Sequence record: MK799832.1
DNA length: 64,000 bases
Reading direction: 5' to 3' (one strand)
Below, piece after piece: positions 31,549 through 39,052 of this stretch. How positions within the stretch are numbered: the first letter of the stretch is position 1; each line of letters starts with the position of its first letter. The position numbers were made by a program, and so were the translations under genes. The notes under the pieces were generated by a model. It made no database searches, had not been told where the DNA came from, and worked only from the letters and a program-made list of their open reading frames with translations.

Positions 31549-31665
31549 TCAGAGCAGCGCTTTGCGTTTGCGATTGATCTGAGAGGGCAGTACAGTAACT
31601 GTTACTTTCTTGCCATTAGCTTTGAGTTCATCAATGGACTTCAGCAGTTGTTGATAGTTGGTCAT
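31549..31665 (-). CDS. Small hypothetical protein, 38 aa
   Basis: MTNYQQLLKSIDELKANGKKVTVTVLPSQINRKRKALL, starting just downstream of motif copy 1. Confidence 0.6.
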   Translation of the reverse strand: MTNYQQLLKSIDELKANGKKVTVTVLPSQINRKRKALL

Positions 31666-31675
31666 GATGATTGCC

Positions 31676-31713
31676 GTGGTTACACTATAGGAGACCTTTG
31701 GAGGTGAGTAATT
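31676..31713 (-). promoter_or_regulatory. Repeated putative early promoter motif, copy 1
   Basis: AATTACTCACCTCCAAAGGTCTCCTATAGTGTAACCAC. Confidence 0.8.
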
Positions 31714-31768
31714 TTGAAGTCCTCAGAGTGTTACAGATAAGTGATACTGATTTGACACGATTGGGGGG

Positions 31769-31797
31769 TTGACAGAATAGGAAAGGCCTGATAGACT
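31769..31797 (+). promoter_or_regulatory. Plus-strand sigma70-like promoter
   Basis: TTGACA-17 nt-TAGACT, pointing antisense to all surrounding genes. Confidence 0.6.
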
Positions 31798-31983
31798 ACG
31801 GTCTTAGACGACTATAAGATCAGGCATTTAGCAGGGGGTTTATAGGCACTCATGAGATACTAGCGAGACCCTTTGTAGCACATTACAAGACACTTTCGCA
31901 AACATTCGCATACATTTATAAAAGGCTTTAATATACAAAAAAAGGCAAATAGCAGTATTTATTCACCTTTTTGGAGGGTAATT

Positions 31984-32169
31984 TCATTGTAACTTAGTGA
32001 AAGGATTACATGTTGTTCTTGTTACTGGATCACCTAATTGTTCTCTTGTTGGGATGTCATCATGTGGTCTGTAAGCTGATATAATAGGTGATAACAAGAG
32101 AGCTAATCTTTCATCCATTTGTGTATGTCTGAGGTGATAGATTTGATGGCCTTGTGCAGGGCGGTTCAT
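31984..32169 (-). CDS. Hypothetical protein, 61 aa
   Basis: ORF track; coding strand; cassette under motif copy 2. Confidence 0.55.
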   Translation of the reverse strand: MNRPAQGHQIYHLRHTQMDERLALLLSPIISAYRPHDDIPTREQLGDPVTRTTCNPFTKLQ

Positions 32170-32199
32170 GATGAATGAAATAAAGAATGATCTGCAGGT

Positions 32200-32517
32200 T
32201 CATACAGTAGTCATCTCCAGATAATCAGCTTCAGTTTGTAACTTCTTACCATTCCAAATATAGATCATTGGATCATCACAAGCACCATAATCTTCAACCT
32301 CTCCATCATCATTAAAAGTTACATAATCACGCAGTGAAACTACAACCATTGCGGTCTGATTACCAAGATGATTGATACATGCTTCGAGAGTGTAATCATC
32401 AAGATCACCACAAGCTGGAGTCCATTGAATATCAAGATCTTCGTTGCGATCTTCCTCTACAATATAACGGTGCTCATCTACAGAAAAGTCAAAGGCTTCG
32501 ATAGTGGCGAATTCCAT
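32200..32517 (-). CDS. Acidic hypothetical protein, 105 aa
   Basis: ATG 10 nt downstream of motif copy 2. Confidence 0.75.
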   Translation of the reverse strand: MEFATIEAFDFSVDEHRYIVEEDRNEDLDIQWTPACGDLDDYTLEACINHLGNQTAMVVVSLRDYVTFNDDGEVEDYGACDDPMIYIWNGKKLQTEADYLEMTTV

Positions 32518-32526
32518 GCGATTTAA

Positions 32527-32564
32527 GTGGTTGTACTATAGTGGACGTTTAGAGGTGAGTAACT
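32527..32564 (-). promoter_or_regulatory. Repeated motif, copy 2
   Basis: AGTTACTCACCTCTAAACGTCCACTATAGTACAACCAC. Confidence 0.8.
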
Positions 32565-32727
32565 TTGTAGAGTTATGATTGACTTACTTTATTGATAACA
32601 ACTCGATGAGCAGGGTATCTCGCTTCAACTAATTGTCTTATAAAGTCTCTATCAGAACGATCAGATTGAAGAGAAAACTCATGCCTTCTCCCCTTGTCAT
32701 CATTCCAATAACCAGTGCAATTGTAGA

Positions 32728-32982
32728 TCATTTGAAGAAATTAAGACGGTGGAGTTCAGTATAAGCGAAACGACGCATATTGTCATCCTCTGTTGTATGA
32801 TACAAATTGATCATACGTTGACAATAATCAGACCTCTTTGTAATCGGTGTGATACTTTGGCGTGAAGTGTAGCCAATGTCATTGTTACCATTGGTGCGAA
32901 CTTTAGGCCGGCCAAAGTTACCAGTGACATTACCAGTTGTTCTCAGTTTGGGCTTGATCTTTGAGAGATTTGAATCAGTCAT
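32728..32982 (-). CDS. Basic hypothetical protein, about 84 aa
   Basis: MTDSNLSKIKPKLRTTGNVTGNFGRPK; start placed at the ATG overlapping the upstream stop (ATGACTGA). Confidence 0.7.
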   Translation of the reverse strand: MTDSNLSKIKPKLRTTGNVTGNFGRPKVRTNGNNDIGYTSRQSITPITKRSDYCQRMINLYHTTEDDNMRRFAYTELHRLNFFK

Positions 32983-33112
32983 GAACTTCAGAGTTGTCAT
33001 CAATTACAGTTACAATTTGTCCGTCCTGAGTTAGAATTTCATACTGAGTTTGAAATGATGAAATATCAGCCTTTCCAACAATAATAGCAGTGGAGAGAAG
33101 AAATTCAATCAT
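32975..33112 (-). CDS. Small hypothetical protein, 45 aa, hydrophobic N-terminus
   Basis: Hand-translated MIEFLLSTAIIVGKADISSFQTQYEILTQDGQIVTVIDDNSEVHD. Confidence 0.6.
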   Translation of the reverse strand: MIEFLLSTAIIVGKADISSFQTQYEILTQDGQIVTVIDDNSEVHD

Positions 33113-33172
33113 CAGTTAAACCTTTGTACAAAAAGAACAATAAAAAAATGAGAAGAATAAAACCTATGGAGA

Positions 33173-33424
33173 TCATAACTCCCATAGCATTTCATTCATC
33201 TCATTCACATCAATGTTAGGATCATCCCAACGAACACCATCACCAGTGGTGAAGTCTCCGATGTTGTTCATACAAAGAATGAAACGATCCCATACACTTT
33301 CCAAACCCTCACGGTAAGTTACACATGCCTTGGCAGTGTTGTAGAGAAACTCATCATTGCCGATCCAAAGAGCAGCGTTCCAAGTTTCATAATTAGACCA
33401 ACCGTTGTAGGTAGAATCAGACAT
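33173..33424 (-). CDS. Hypothetical phage protein with YNGWxNYETWN motif
   Basis: YNGWSNYETWNAALW is a motif I recognise from small phage early proteins; function unknown. Confidence 0.8.
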   Translation of the reverse strand: MSDSTYNGWSNYETWNAALWIGNDEFLYNTAKACVTYREGLESVWDRFILCMNNIGDFTTGDGVRWDDPNIDVNEMNEMLWEL

Positions 33425-33523
33425 AGTAGAAAAAGAAATAAAGGTGGTGATTAAGTGTGGTTCAGAGAAACAAGTCAGAGAAGCAATCTAGAAGAGAGAA
33501 GTCTGAGCGAGAAGTCTGAACCC

Positions 33524-33557
33524 TTACACTATAGGTGACCTTTCGAGGTGAGTAATT
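33524..33557 (-). promoter_or_regulatory. Repeated motif, copy 3
   Basis: AATTACTCACCTCGAAAGGTCACCTATAGTGTAA. Confidence 0.8.
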
Positions 33558-33562
33558 CTGTG

Positions 33563-33766
33563 TCAGACCAAATCGTACTTGATTGATTTCACACAATAGC
33601 CAACATCATCAGCAATAATATCCATTAAATGCTCCTCATCTTTGGCATCCCATAATTCATCCTTTGTCTCATCAATGAGGCATTCTTGAGTAAATTCACC
33701 TGGAGGACCAAATTCCTCATCATTCCAATCAAACTCAATTTCAGTCACTTGATAAAACTTTTTCAT
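33563..33766 (-). CDS. Acidic hypothetical protein, about 67 aa
   Basis: MKKFYQVTEIEFDWND; the ATG overlaps the upstream stop (ATGA). Confidence 0.7.
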   Translation of the reverse strand: MKKFYQVTEIEFDWNDEEFGPPGEFTQECLIDETKDELWDAKDEEHLMDIIADDVGYCVKSIKYDLV

Positions 33767-33906
33767 TGACAATCAGGATGGGGTTGAGGTAGTGTGGCAC
33801 ATGCATTTTGATGTGCATTGTTGATCGATTGTGTGTCCCTTATCGCTAACAACACATTGATAAAAACAACAGCGATAAAGGGAAAAATAAAGAGATGAAT
33901 CTTCAT
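33763..33906 (-). CDS. Small membrane protein, 47 aa
   Basis: MKIHLFIFPFIAVVFINVLLAIRD...CATLPQPHPDCQ; start/stop overlaps with both neighbours. Confidence 0.65.
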   Translation of the reverse strand: MKIHLFIFPFIAVVFINVLLAIRDTQSINNAHQNACATLPQPHPDCQ

Positions 33907-34064
33907 CACATGCCATTCATAAAGTCATGAATTGCTTCCAAATACTCTTCTTTGGTCTCAAATGTGCGACCGTAGATAGTCTTTGGAAATTCGCCAAGTT
34001 TGGCGGGTTTGTTGACAGGATCTTTGCCCTGTGACTTGATTTGGTCGATGTAAGTGTTTCTCAT
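33906..34064 (-). CDS. Small hypothetical protein, 52 aa
   Basis: MRNTYIDQIKSQGKDPVNKPAKLGEFPKTIYGRTFETKEEYLEAIHDFMNGM; ATG directly abuts TATAGT of motif copy 4. Confidence 0.6.
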   Translation of the reverse strand: MRNTYIDQIKSQGKDPVNKPAKLGEFPKTIYGRTFETKEEYLEAIHDFMNGM

Positions 34065-34094
34065 ACTATAGTGGACCTTTCGAGGTGAGTAATT
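34065..34094 (-). promoter_or_regulatory. Repeated motif, copy 4
   Basis: AATTACTCACCTCGAAAGGTCCACTATAGT. Confidence 0.8.
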
Positions 34095-34099
34095 CTGTG

Positions 34100-34300
34100 T
34101 CAGTCTAATCTCTTGAAATGAACTGAATTAAACTGACCTGATTTGTTCTCTAATGTAATCTTAGTGTACCATGGTTGAATGTCAACACTCTCGACAACAT
34201 AGCGATGACCAACTATCAAATGAGATGGATAATCACTCGATGCCCATAACAACTGTTCATGAGTTGCTCCCTTAAATTCTACTATATCACCTGACTGCAT
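34100..34300 (-). CDS. Hypothetical protein, 66 aa
   Basis: ORF track; stop 5 nt from motif copy 4. Confidence 0.7.
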   Translation of the reverse strand: MQSGDIVEFKGATHEQLLWASSDYPSHLIVGHRYVVESVDIQPWYTKITLENKSGQFNSVHFKRLD

Positions 34301-34550
34301 TTATCATATCCTCCCACACTTCTTCGCCCATCATATCACTAATCTCCTCTTGCAAGTCAGTTTCATCATAATCTTTCATATTTGCTTCTATTTGTTCTGC
34401 TGCCCACTGACATAGAGTCTTGAGATCCATACCATCAACGATTAGCCAGGCATAGTCATTCTTTAGGTTATCAAGTTGTTCAGGTGTGAGTGTCATTGGA
34501 TCAGTGTAATGTGCGACAAAAGACATAAAAAAAGAGGGTAAAACCCTCAA
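34287..34550 (-). CDS. Acidic hypothetical protein (true start probably internal)
   Basis: ORF track; MTLTPEQLDNLKNDYAWLIVDGMD is a plausible real N-terminus. Confidence 0.65.
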   Translation of the reverse strand: MRVLPSFFMSFVAHYTDPMTLTPEQLDNLKNDYAWLIVDGMDLKTLCQWAAEQIEANMKDYDETDLQEEISDMMGEEVWEDMINAVR

Positions 34551-34891
34551 GCAAAAACATAACCAGAATGAAAATCTTCAACGTTGTAGACTTTACCAGT
34601 CACAGAAGATTCACCAATGAACTTGCGAACATACCAGAGAAAGTCTTTCTGGAAAACACCTTCACCAGCGATACAATACTCTTCGCAAAGTGCATTGAGT
34701 CGTGATTTAGTGGTGTTAGATTGCCAACCACCGTCAAAGATAGTCAGGCTAGTGTCATCAACCAGAGCAATTTTATTGCCGTGGAGATAAACAGTAGAAA
34801 CACCCATGTTAGTGACAACTTCAGTGTTTCCAGATTTCCAGTTCTTGTTGCCGTTGATGGCTTCAATCATCTGGGATTCAATCTTACGCAT
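34547..34891 (-). CDS. Hypothetical protein, 114 aa
   Basis: MRKIESQMIEAI...VYLHGNKIA...SNTTKSRLNAL; first gene after motif copy 5. Confidence 0.8.
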   Translation of the reverse strand: MRKIESQMIEAINGNKNWKSGNTEVVTNMGVSTVYLHGNKIALVDDTSLTIFDGGWQSNTTKSRLNALCEEYCIAGEGVFQKDFLWYVRKFIGESSVTGKVYNVEDFHSGYVFA

Positions 34892-34906
34892 GTGGTTTAG
34901 TGGTTC

Positions 34907-34940
34907 TTACACTATAGTGGACATTTCGAGGTGAGTAATT
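34907..34940 (-). promoter_or_regulatory. Repeated motif, copy 5
   Basis: AATTACTCACCTCGAAATGTCCACTATAGTGTAA. Confidence 0.8.
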
Positions 34941-34943
34941 CTG

Positions 34944-35561
34944 TCACTCAGTAATTTGTTCGACTTGAGTATTATCACCACCAAAGTTAGTGACTTCATG
35001 CAACTTACTTCCAGTAATGGTACCGCCAACCATCAATGAAATTGTGGAGATAAGTACAATCCAGAAACGAAGGTGAAAGTTTTTCTCTTGAGTAAACTTA
35101 GACCCATATTTGTAACCAACAAAGGCACCACCAAACATACCAACAAGAGGTGCCAATGCGTAGGCGACAAATCCACCAATACCAATGGCAGCGAGTATCA
35201 ACAATCCACCAACATCAGCACCAGAGAGTGAAGAACCCTCACCACTGTTAGTGTTGTTGTAACTGACACTATGTGTGCCACTAGATGTTACACCGCCACT
35301 GAATGAGTTGTTGATAGATTGTTGAGTTTGTTCGGCAGCACTTGTTCTATTTGCTCTTGTTTCTTCACGTTTTTGTTTCTCTTTCTCTCCCCATATCTGA
35401 GAGTCAATACATTTAACACCAGAAATCTTGGCACCAGGATAACGAGCTTCAAATATTTCCTTGGCACCAGCTGCGGTGTTTGGCCCCTCACAAGTGACAT
35501 AATGACCTGAATATCCATTCACAGAGTGAATACGACCTTGCCAAGTGTGAACGTTAGCCAT
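34944..35561 (-). CDS. Hypothetical membrane protein, 205 aa
   Basis: Soluble N-terminus, Ser/Gly-rich linker, hydrophobic Gly-rich segments LLILAAIGIGGFVAYALAPLVGMFGG and FWIVLISTISLMVGG. Confidence 0.75.
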   Translation of the reverse strand: MANVHTWQGRIHSVNGYSGHYVTCEGPNTAAGAKEIFEARYPGAKISGVKCIDSQIWGEKEKQKREETRANRTSAAEQTQQSINNSFSGGVTSSGTHSVSYNNTNSGEGSSLSGADVGGLLILAAIGIGGFVAYALAPLVGMFGGAFVGYKYGSKFTQEKNFHLRFWIVLISTISLMVGGTITGSKLHEVTNFGGDNTQVEQITE

Positions 35562-35576
35562 GATAAAAGAATTGCG

Positions 35577-35614
35577 TTGGTTGTACTATAAGAGACCTTT
35601 GAAGGTGAGTAATT
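35577..35614 (-). promoter_or_regulatory. Repeated motif, copy 6
   Basis: AATTACTCACCTTCAAAGGTCTCTTATAGTACAACCAA. Confidence 0.8.
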
Positions 35615-35742
35615 CTAAAGAGTGACAAGTGGCCTTACATTGTATCAAGGTAACCACACCAAAACATGATACAAATGCCACACATTATGGGCCTTACATG
35701 AGTGTTGTAACCACCACAGAAATTACACTCAATGCCCATCAA

Positions 35743-35925
35743 TCAAAAAGGATTAGTCCATTTGTGGTGTTGTTGTTTCGTGATTCTACCGTCATCAAGT
35801 AAACTATCAACCACATTTAGGAAGACAGCCCACTTCATGTCGCGAGTGAAAGTAATACCTTCCTCTTTACAATGAGTGTTCACAGTATTACGAACAACGC
35901 GTTGAACTTCAGTTTTTGTCATCAT
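35743..35925 (-). CDS. Hypothetical protein, 60 aa
   Basis: ORF track; ATGA overlap with the upstream ORF. Confidence 0.7.
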   Translation of the reverse strand: MMTKTEVQRVVRNTVNTHCKEEGITFTRDMKWAVFLNVVDSLLDDGRITKQQHHKWTNPF

Positions 35926-36086
35926 TTGATAGATTCGAGAATAGAACGACGAGCCTCATAGGCTTGAAATTGTGAATTGAATGTGGCGATCTTAGTAAAG
36001 TCTTCCCTCCAATAAAGAGCCCATTTGTGTGACCCTATCACACCTTTAGCGATGATAGGGTTATCAATACCGAGTGGATAAGTCAT
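35922..36086 (-). CDS. Small hypothetical protein, 54 aa
   Basis: Hand-translated MTYPLGIDNPIIAKGVIGSHKWALYWREDFTKIATFNSQFQAYEARRSILESIK; first gene after motif copy 7. Confidence 0.65.
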   Translation of the reverse strand: MTYPLGIDNPIIAKGVIGSHKWALYWREDFTKIATFNSQFQAYEARRSILESIK

Positions 36087-36095
36087 GCTAGTTCA

Positions 36096-36133
36096 GTGGT
36101 TACACTATAGGGGACATTTCAAGGTGAGTAATT
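36096..36133 (-). promoter_or_regulatory. Repeated motif, copy 7
   Basis: AATTACTCACCTTGAAATGTCCCCTATAGTGTAACCAC. Confidence 0.8.
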
Positions 36134-36286
36134 CTGTGTTAGACTAATTAAGAGATTTTGTTGACGTTGTGAATCAGAATCTTCCTTGAATGGTTCATAC
36201 TCAGGATGAGCATTTTCCCACCGTTTCAGATCATCATTCCATTCCTCTTGTTTTAACACATTGTCCCAAAAATTGTTGTAGTTCAT
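36119..36286 (-). CDS. Small hypothetical protein, 55 aa, reads into motif copy 7
   Basis: MNYNNFWDNVLKQEEWNDDLKRWENAHPEYEPF...; ATGA overlap upstream. Confidence 0.5.
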   Translation of the reverse strand: MNYNNFWDNVLKQEEWNDDLKRWENAHPEYEPFKEDSDSQRQQNLLISLTQNYSP

Positions 36287-36486
36287 TCTTCAACAACAGA
36301 TTGGATTACAAATTGTGGTTGATTTCGATTACAAGTTGCAATTGCTTCTTCTTTACTAGAAGCAATGTAACCTAGACAATCTCTCATTGTCCAACCATTA
36401 GCACGATGATGTTCACCGTAGATCAGAAACTTAGATTCTTTCATGTTATCAACCTCCGTAGACTTCTTCAGCCATAGGTGTATCAC
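36283..36486 (-). CDS. Hypothetical protein (true start probably MKESKF)
   Basis: ORF track; coding strand. Confidence 0.65.
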   Translation of the reverse strand: MIHLWLKKSTEVDNMKESKFLIYGEHHRANGWTMRDCLGYIASSKEEAIATCNRNQPQFVIQSVVEE

Positions 36487-36676
36487 TCATGCGATCGAGG
36501 TGATCCCAAAGTGTGTTTTTTTCACCAAACATTTCTTGGAAGAGATCAAGATCTTGACGATCATATTGATCTTTAACAATCCAAATCTCTTGTTCAATCC
36601 ATGCAAGTTCTGCACGAGCTTTATCTAGTTTCTTACGAAGTTCGTAAAGCTTTTGGTTTCTTTCTGTGAGTGTCAT
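36449..36676 (-). CDS. Hypothetical protein, 75 aa, coiled-coil-like
   Basis: First gene after motif copy 8. Confidence 0.7.
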   Translation of the reverse strand: MTLTERNQKLYELRKKLDKARAELAWIEQEIWIVKDQYDRQDLDLFQEMFGEKNTLWDHLDRMSDTPMAEEVYGG

Positions 36677-36685
36677 AATGATTCA

Positions 36686-36723
36686 GTGGTTACACTATAG
36701 TGGACATTTCGAGGTGAGTAATT
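36686..36723 (-). promoter_or_regulatory. Repeated motif, copy 8 (consensus)
   Basis: AATTACTCACCTCGAAATGTCCACTATAGTGTAACCAC. Confidence 0.8.
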
Positions 36724-36726
36724 CTG

Positions 36727-37317
36727 TTAGCCCAACAATACCTGAGGAAAGTATGGAGTCAGGTCAGAATCTACAATCTTATGTTCACAACTCACAAATT
36801 TCTTTCGTGATACATTCTTGACATAGATCAGGTGGTTAATGTCAATATCTTTGTAATCTTGTGGTCCACGTTTACGAATAAGACCAAAGGCTTCGTTCTC
36901 TTCGCGAGTGGAAACAACGACCTTTGAAAGTTTATCAATGTCTGTCAAAAAGTGAGTGATAAGATCATAAGAACGATCTTCCACAAACTTATCATAATGA
37001 TATGCAAATATAAACTTTGAACCACTACGAACTCCGCCGAAGTGTTCTTTAGTCAAACTGTGTCCGCCTTTGACTTTCATATCAATTACACTGGACAAAG
37101 TTTTGTCAGGATATTCACTCCACTTGACAAAAGCTTGTGGTGTCAACAATGCACCAGTGTCATCGATTTTATGAGAACTAGCCCAACAAATACCACCAGA
37201 AAGATCCTCTACAACCTTGAACATAGTCTCACGGGTGTAGATATTGACCTGCTCATCTGTCAAGGACATAATCAGTTTGAGCTGATTAGTTAGGAATCTT
37301 TTAGTGGTGGCAGTCAT
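36727..37317 (-). CDS. Hypothetical protein, 196 aa
   Basis: Sole gene between motif copies 9 and 8. Confidence 0.8.
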   Translation of the reverse strand: MTATTKRFLTNQLKLIMSLTDEQVNIYTRETMFKVVEDLSGGICWASSHKIDDTGALLTPQAFVKWSEYPDKTLSSVIDMKVKGGHSLTKEHFGGVRSGSKFIFAYHYDKFVEDRSYDLITHFLTDIDKLSKVVVSTREENEAFGLIRKRGPQDYKDIDINHLIYVKNVSRKKFVSCEHKIVDSDLTPYFPQVLLG

Positions 37318-37326
37318 CGGTTTAAT

Positions 37327-37362
37327 GTGGTTACTTAAGTGGACATTTAGAGGTGAGTAATT
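37327..37362 (-). promoter_or_regulatory. Repeated motif, copy 9
   Basis: AATTACTCACCTCTAAATGTCCACTTAAGTAACCAC. Confidence 0.75.
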
Positions 37363-37566
37363 CTATTTGAGCTCAATTCGGTCAATCAAGACCATACCAA
37401 GGTCAAAATATAGATCATCATCAATGTCACCAAGCTTTTCACGGAGAGCATCACCAACCATGTCGGTCATCATCTCCATATAACGCTCATCTTCATAGAT
37501 TTGATTGATAATATCCTCCTTCAATGCGTCGGCAAGTTTGGATACACATTTTGCAGAAAGTGCCAT
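37363..37566 (-). CDS. Acidic hypothetical protein, 67 aa
   Basis: Stop TAG directly abuts motif copy 9. Confidence 0.7.
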   Translation of the reverse strand: MALSAKCVSKLADALKEDIINQIYEDERYMEMMTDMVGDALREKLGDIDDDLYFDLGMVLIDRIELK

Positions 37567-37647
37567 GTCAGTTGTTAGTGAGAATGTTGATGATTGTGAT
37601 AAACATTACACCACACATGATGTAATAGATGAAACGAAAAATAGCCA

Positions 37648-37974
37648 TTATCGCATGTAAAGATAACCACCTGCCCAATCGGCACGTTGATAGCACTGTT
37701 CGCGGGATTCAATCCTCAGAAGATTGTAACGGACCCCTTTGGCTGGTGCTTTGAATGATGCAGGTTTGTAAACATCACCAGTCTTCTTATCAACAAAAGC
37801 ATGAACACTGCGGGAACCTGATTCGGTCTCCATGATTAGTTTGTGATACTTACGACCAGACTCAATGTAGAACTTATAGGCGCGGTCATAATTATGACAA
37901 CGAAGGTAATCTTCCATCAACACACTGCAAAGAATTTTGGCGTGTTTTTCAACAATTTGTGTGGGAGTGATCAT
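37648..37974 (-). CDS. Hypothetical phage protein with KPASFKAPAK motif
   Basis: GRKYHKL...VHAFVDKKTGDVYKPASFKAPAKGVRYNL is a motif I recognise from small phage proteins; function unknown. Confidence 0.8.
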   Translation of the reverse strand: MITPTQIVEKHAKILCSVLMEDYLRCHNYDRAYKFYIESGRKYHKLIMETESGSRSVHAFVDKKTGDVYKPASFKAPAKGVRYNLLRIESREQCYQRADWAGGYLYMR

Positions 37975-37982
37975 AACTTTGT

Positions 37983-38020
37983 GTGGTTACACTACTGTGG
38001 ACTTTTGGAGGTGAGTAATT
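37983..38020 (-). promoter_or_regulatory. Repeated motif, copy 10
   Basis: AATTACTCACCTCCAAAAGTCCACAGTAGTGTAACCAC. Confidence 0.75.
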
Positions 38021-38135
38021 CTGTCAACCGACGATTGATAGTGGCTACTTCTACACTACTGTGTGGGATTAGATATTTTTGATTTACCCACACAATCTTA
38101 CGAGTGTCAATATCTGATGCGATGTTGTAAGTCAT
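37992..38135 (-). CDS. Small hypothetical protein, 47 aa, reads into motif copy 10
   Basis: MTYNIASDIDTRKIVWVNQKYLIPHSSVEVATINRRLTELLTSKSPQ; ATGA overlap upstream. Confidence 0.5.
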   Translation of the reverse strand: MTYNIASDIDTRKIVWVNQKYLIPHSSVEVATINRRLTELLTSKSPQ

Positions 38136-38452
38136 TCAAGTTCCTCAATAGGGTTGGCGTAAAGATCATTCTCTGTGGTCACATCAGTGAACACATCTTC
38201 ATCATCATCAGAAAATAACAGATACAAAATCTCATCATTATCCTTGACATTCCACTCTTGATAGAGAGAAATAATGTCACCAGATACCCTATCTTTATTT
38301 TTCTTCTTCTCTAAAGATTTACCTAGTTTCTTGATTCGTTTCTCATATACAACTTGCTGATCATTGGCAAGATATTCAACTCTATCAAGATTGAAGATAA
38401 ACTTATTACCTTCAATCTCAAAGGTTTCGGAATTTGCGGTATCGAAATTCAT
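38132..38452 (-). CDS. Hypothetical protein, 106 aa
   Basis: ORF track; preceded by a sigma70-like promoter. Confidence 0.7.
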   Translation of the reverse strand: MNFDTANSETFEIEGNKFIFNLDRVEYLANDQQVVYEKRIKKLGKSLEKKKNKDRVSGDIISLYQEWNVKDNDEILYLLFSDDDEDVFTDVTTENDLYANPIEELE

Positions 38453-38473
38453 AATAATAATGTGGTTAATTCA

Positions 38474-38501
38474 ATTGTATCCTATAAACTACAGATGTCA
38501 A
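38474..38501 (-). promoter_or_regulatory. Host-like sigma70 promoter
   Basis: TTGACA-16 nt-TACAAT, overlapping the upstream stop. Confidence 0.55.
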
Positions 38502-38707
38502 TCTGCAGTGACAGTGGTGGCCTTGCCTACGTTAGATGGGCCTTTCCAGACCAAACCATCTTCCTCCCACTTAGCGATAAATGCACGACGAAGCATCATC
38601 AACTCATCATATCGTGATTGTTGGGAAGAAGTATAGTTGAAGTTTTGTGCCCTCCAAGTCTTACGCAGTTCTTGAAGTTCACGAATGATTTGAGAAGAAT
38701 TGTTCAT
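38498..38707 (-). CDS. Hypothetical protein, 69 aa
   Basis: ORF track; coding strand. Confidence 0.7.
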   Translation of the reverse strand: MNNSSQIIRELQELRKTWRAQNFNYTSSQQSRYDELMMLRRAFIAKWEEDGLVWKGPSNVGKATTVTAD

Positions 38708-38748
38708 GATGTTGTTCTTAGATTAAGTAAAATAAGTTAAGGTTTATG

Positions 38749-39006
38749 TCATTCAATACGAGTGATTACAACGTAATTGGAATCATCATCAAATTTAGGG
38801 GGATGGATCGTCCTCGTCACTTTGTAGCCCGTTTTCTTCAATGCACTAGGAATATCTGGGCCCCTGTAGTCTTCACAATAATCATCACAGCGAAGAATGA
38901 ATGACATTCCAATATCTAGTTGTTGCCATGGGTATTTCTGTTTACGACCCTTACTAGAAGCATAAAATAGTTCTTCAATTTGATGGGGGGTGTAGATTTC
39001 GGACAT
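38749..39006 (-). CDS. Hypothetical protein, 85 aa
   Basis: First gene after motif copy 11; contains KYPWQQLDIGMSF. Confidence 0.7.
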   Translation of the reverse strand: MSEIYTPHQIEELFYASSKGRKQKYPWQQLDIGMSFILRCDDYCEDYRGPDIPSALKKTGYKVTRTIHPPKFDDDSNYVVITRIE

Positions 39007-39014
39007 GATTAGAC

Positions 39015-39052
39015 GTGATTACAATAGAGTGGACGTTTGGAGGTGAGTAATT
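39015..39052 (-). promoter_or_regulatory. Repeated motif, copy 11
   Basis: AATTACTCACCTCCAAACGTCCACTCTATTGTAATCAC; overlaps the upstream TAA. Confidence 0.75.

Noticed and set aside
33763-33906. Suspected frameshift in the small membrane ORF
   Set aside because: On re-reading, the frame is intact (144 nt, ATG to TGA).
35640-35742. 34-aa Cys-rich minus-strand ORF (MGIECNFCGG...)
   Set aside because: Very short and built on the duplicated GGCCTTACAT motif; coding status unsupported.
38060-38094. Inverted repeat TGTGTGGG/CCCACACA next to a partial ACACTACTGTG motif
   Set aside because: It has a long loop, lies inside a plausible ORF and lacks the TTACTCACCT block; not counted as copy 13 or as a terminator.
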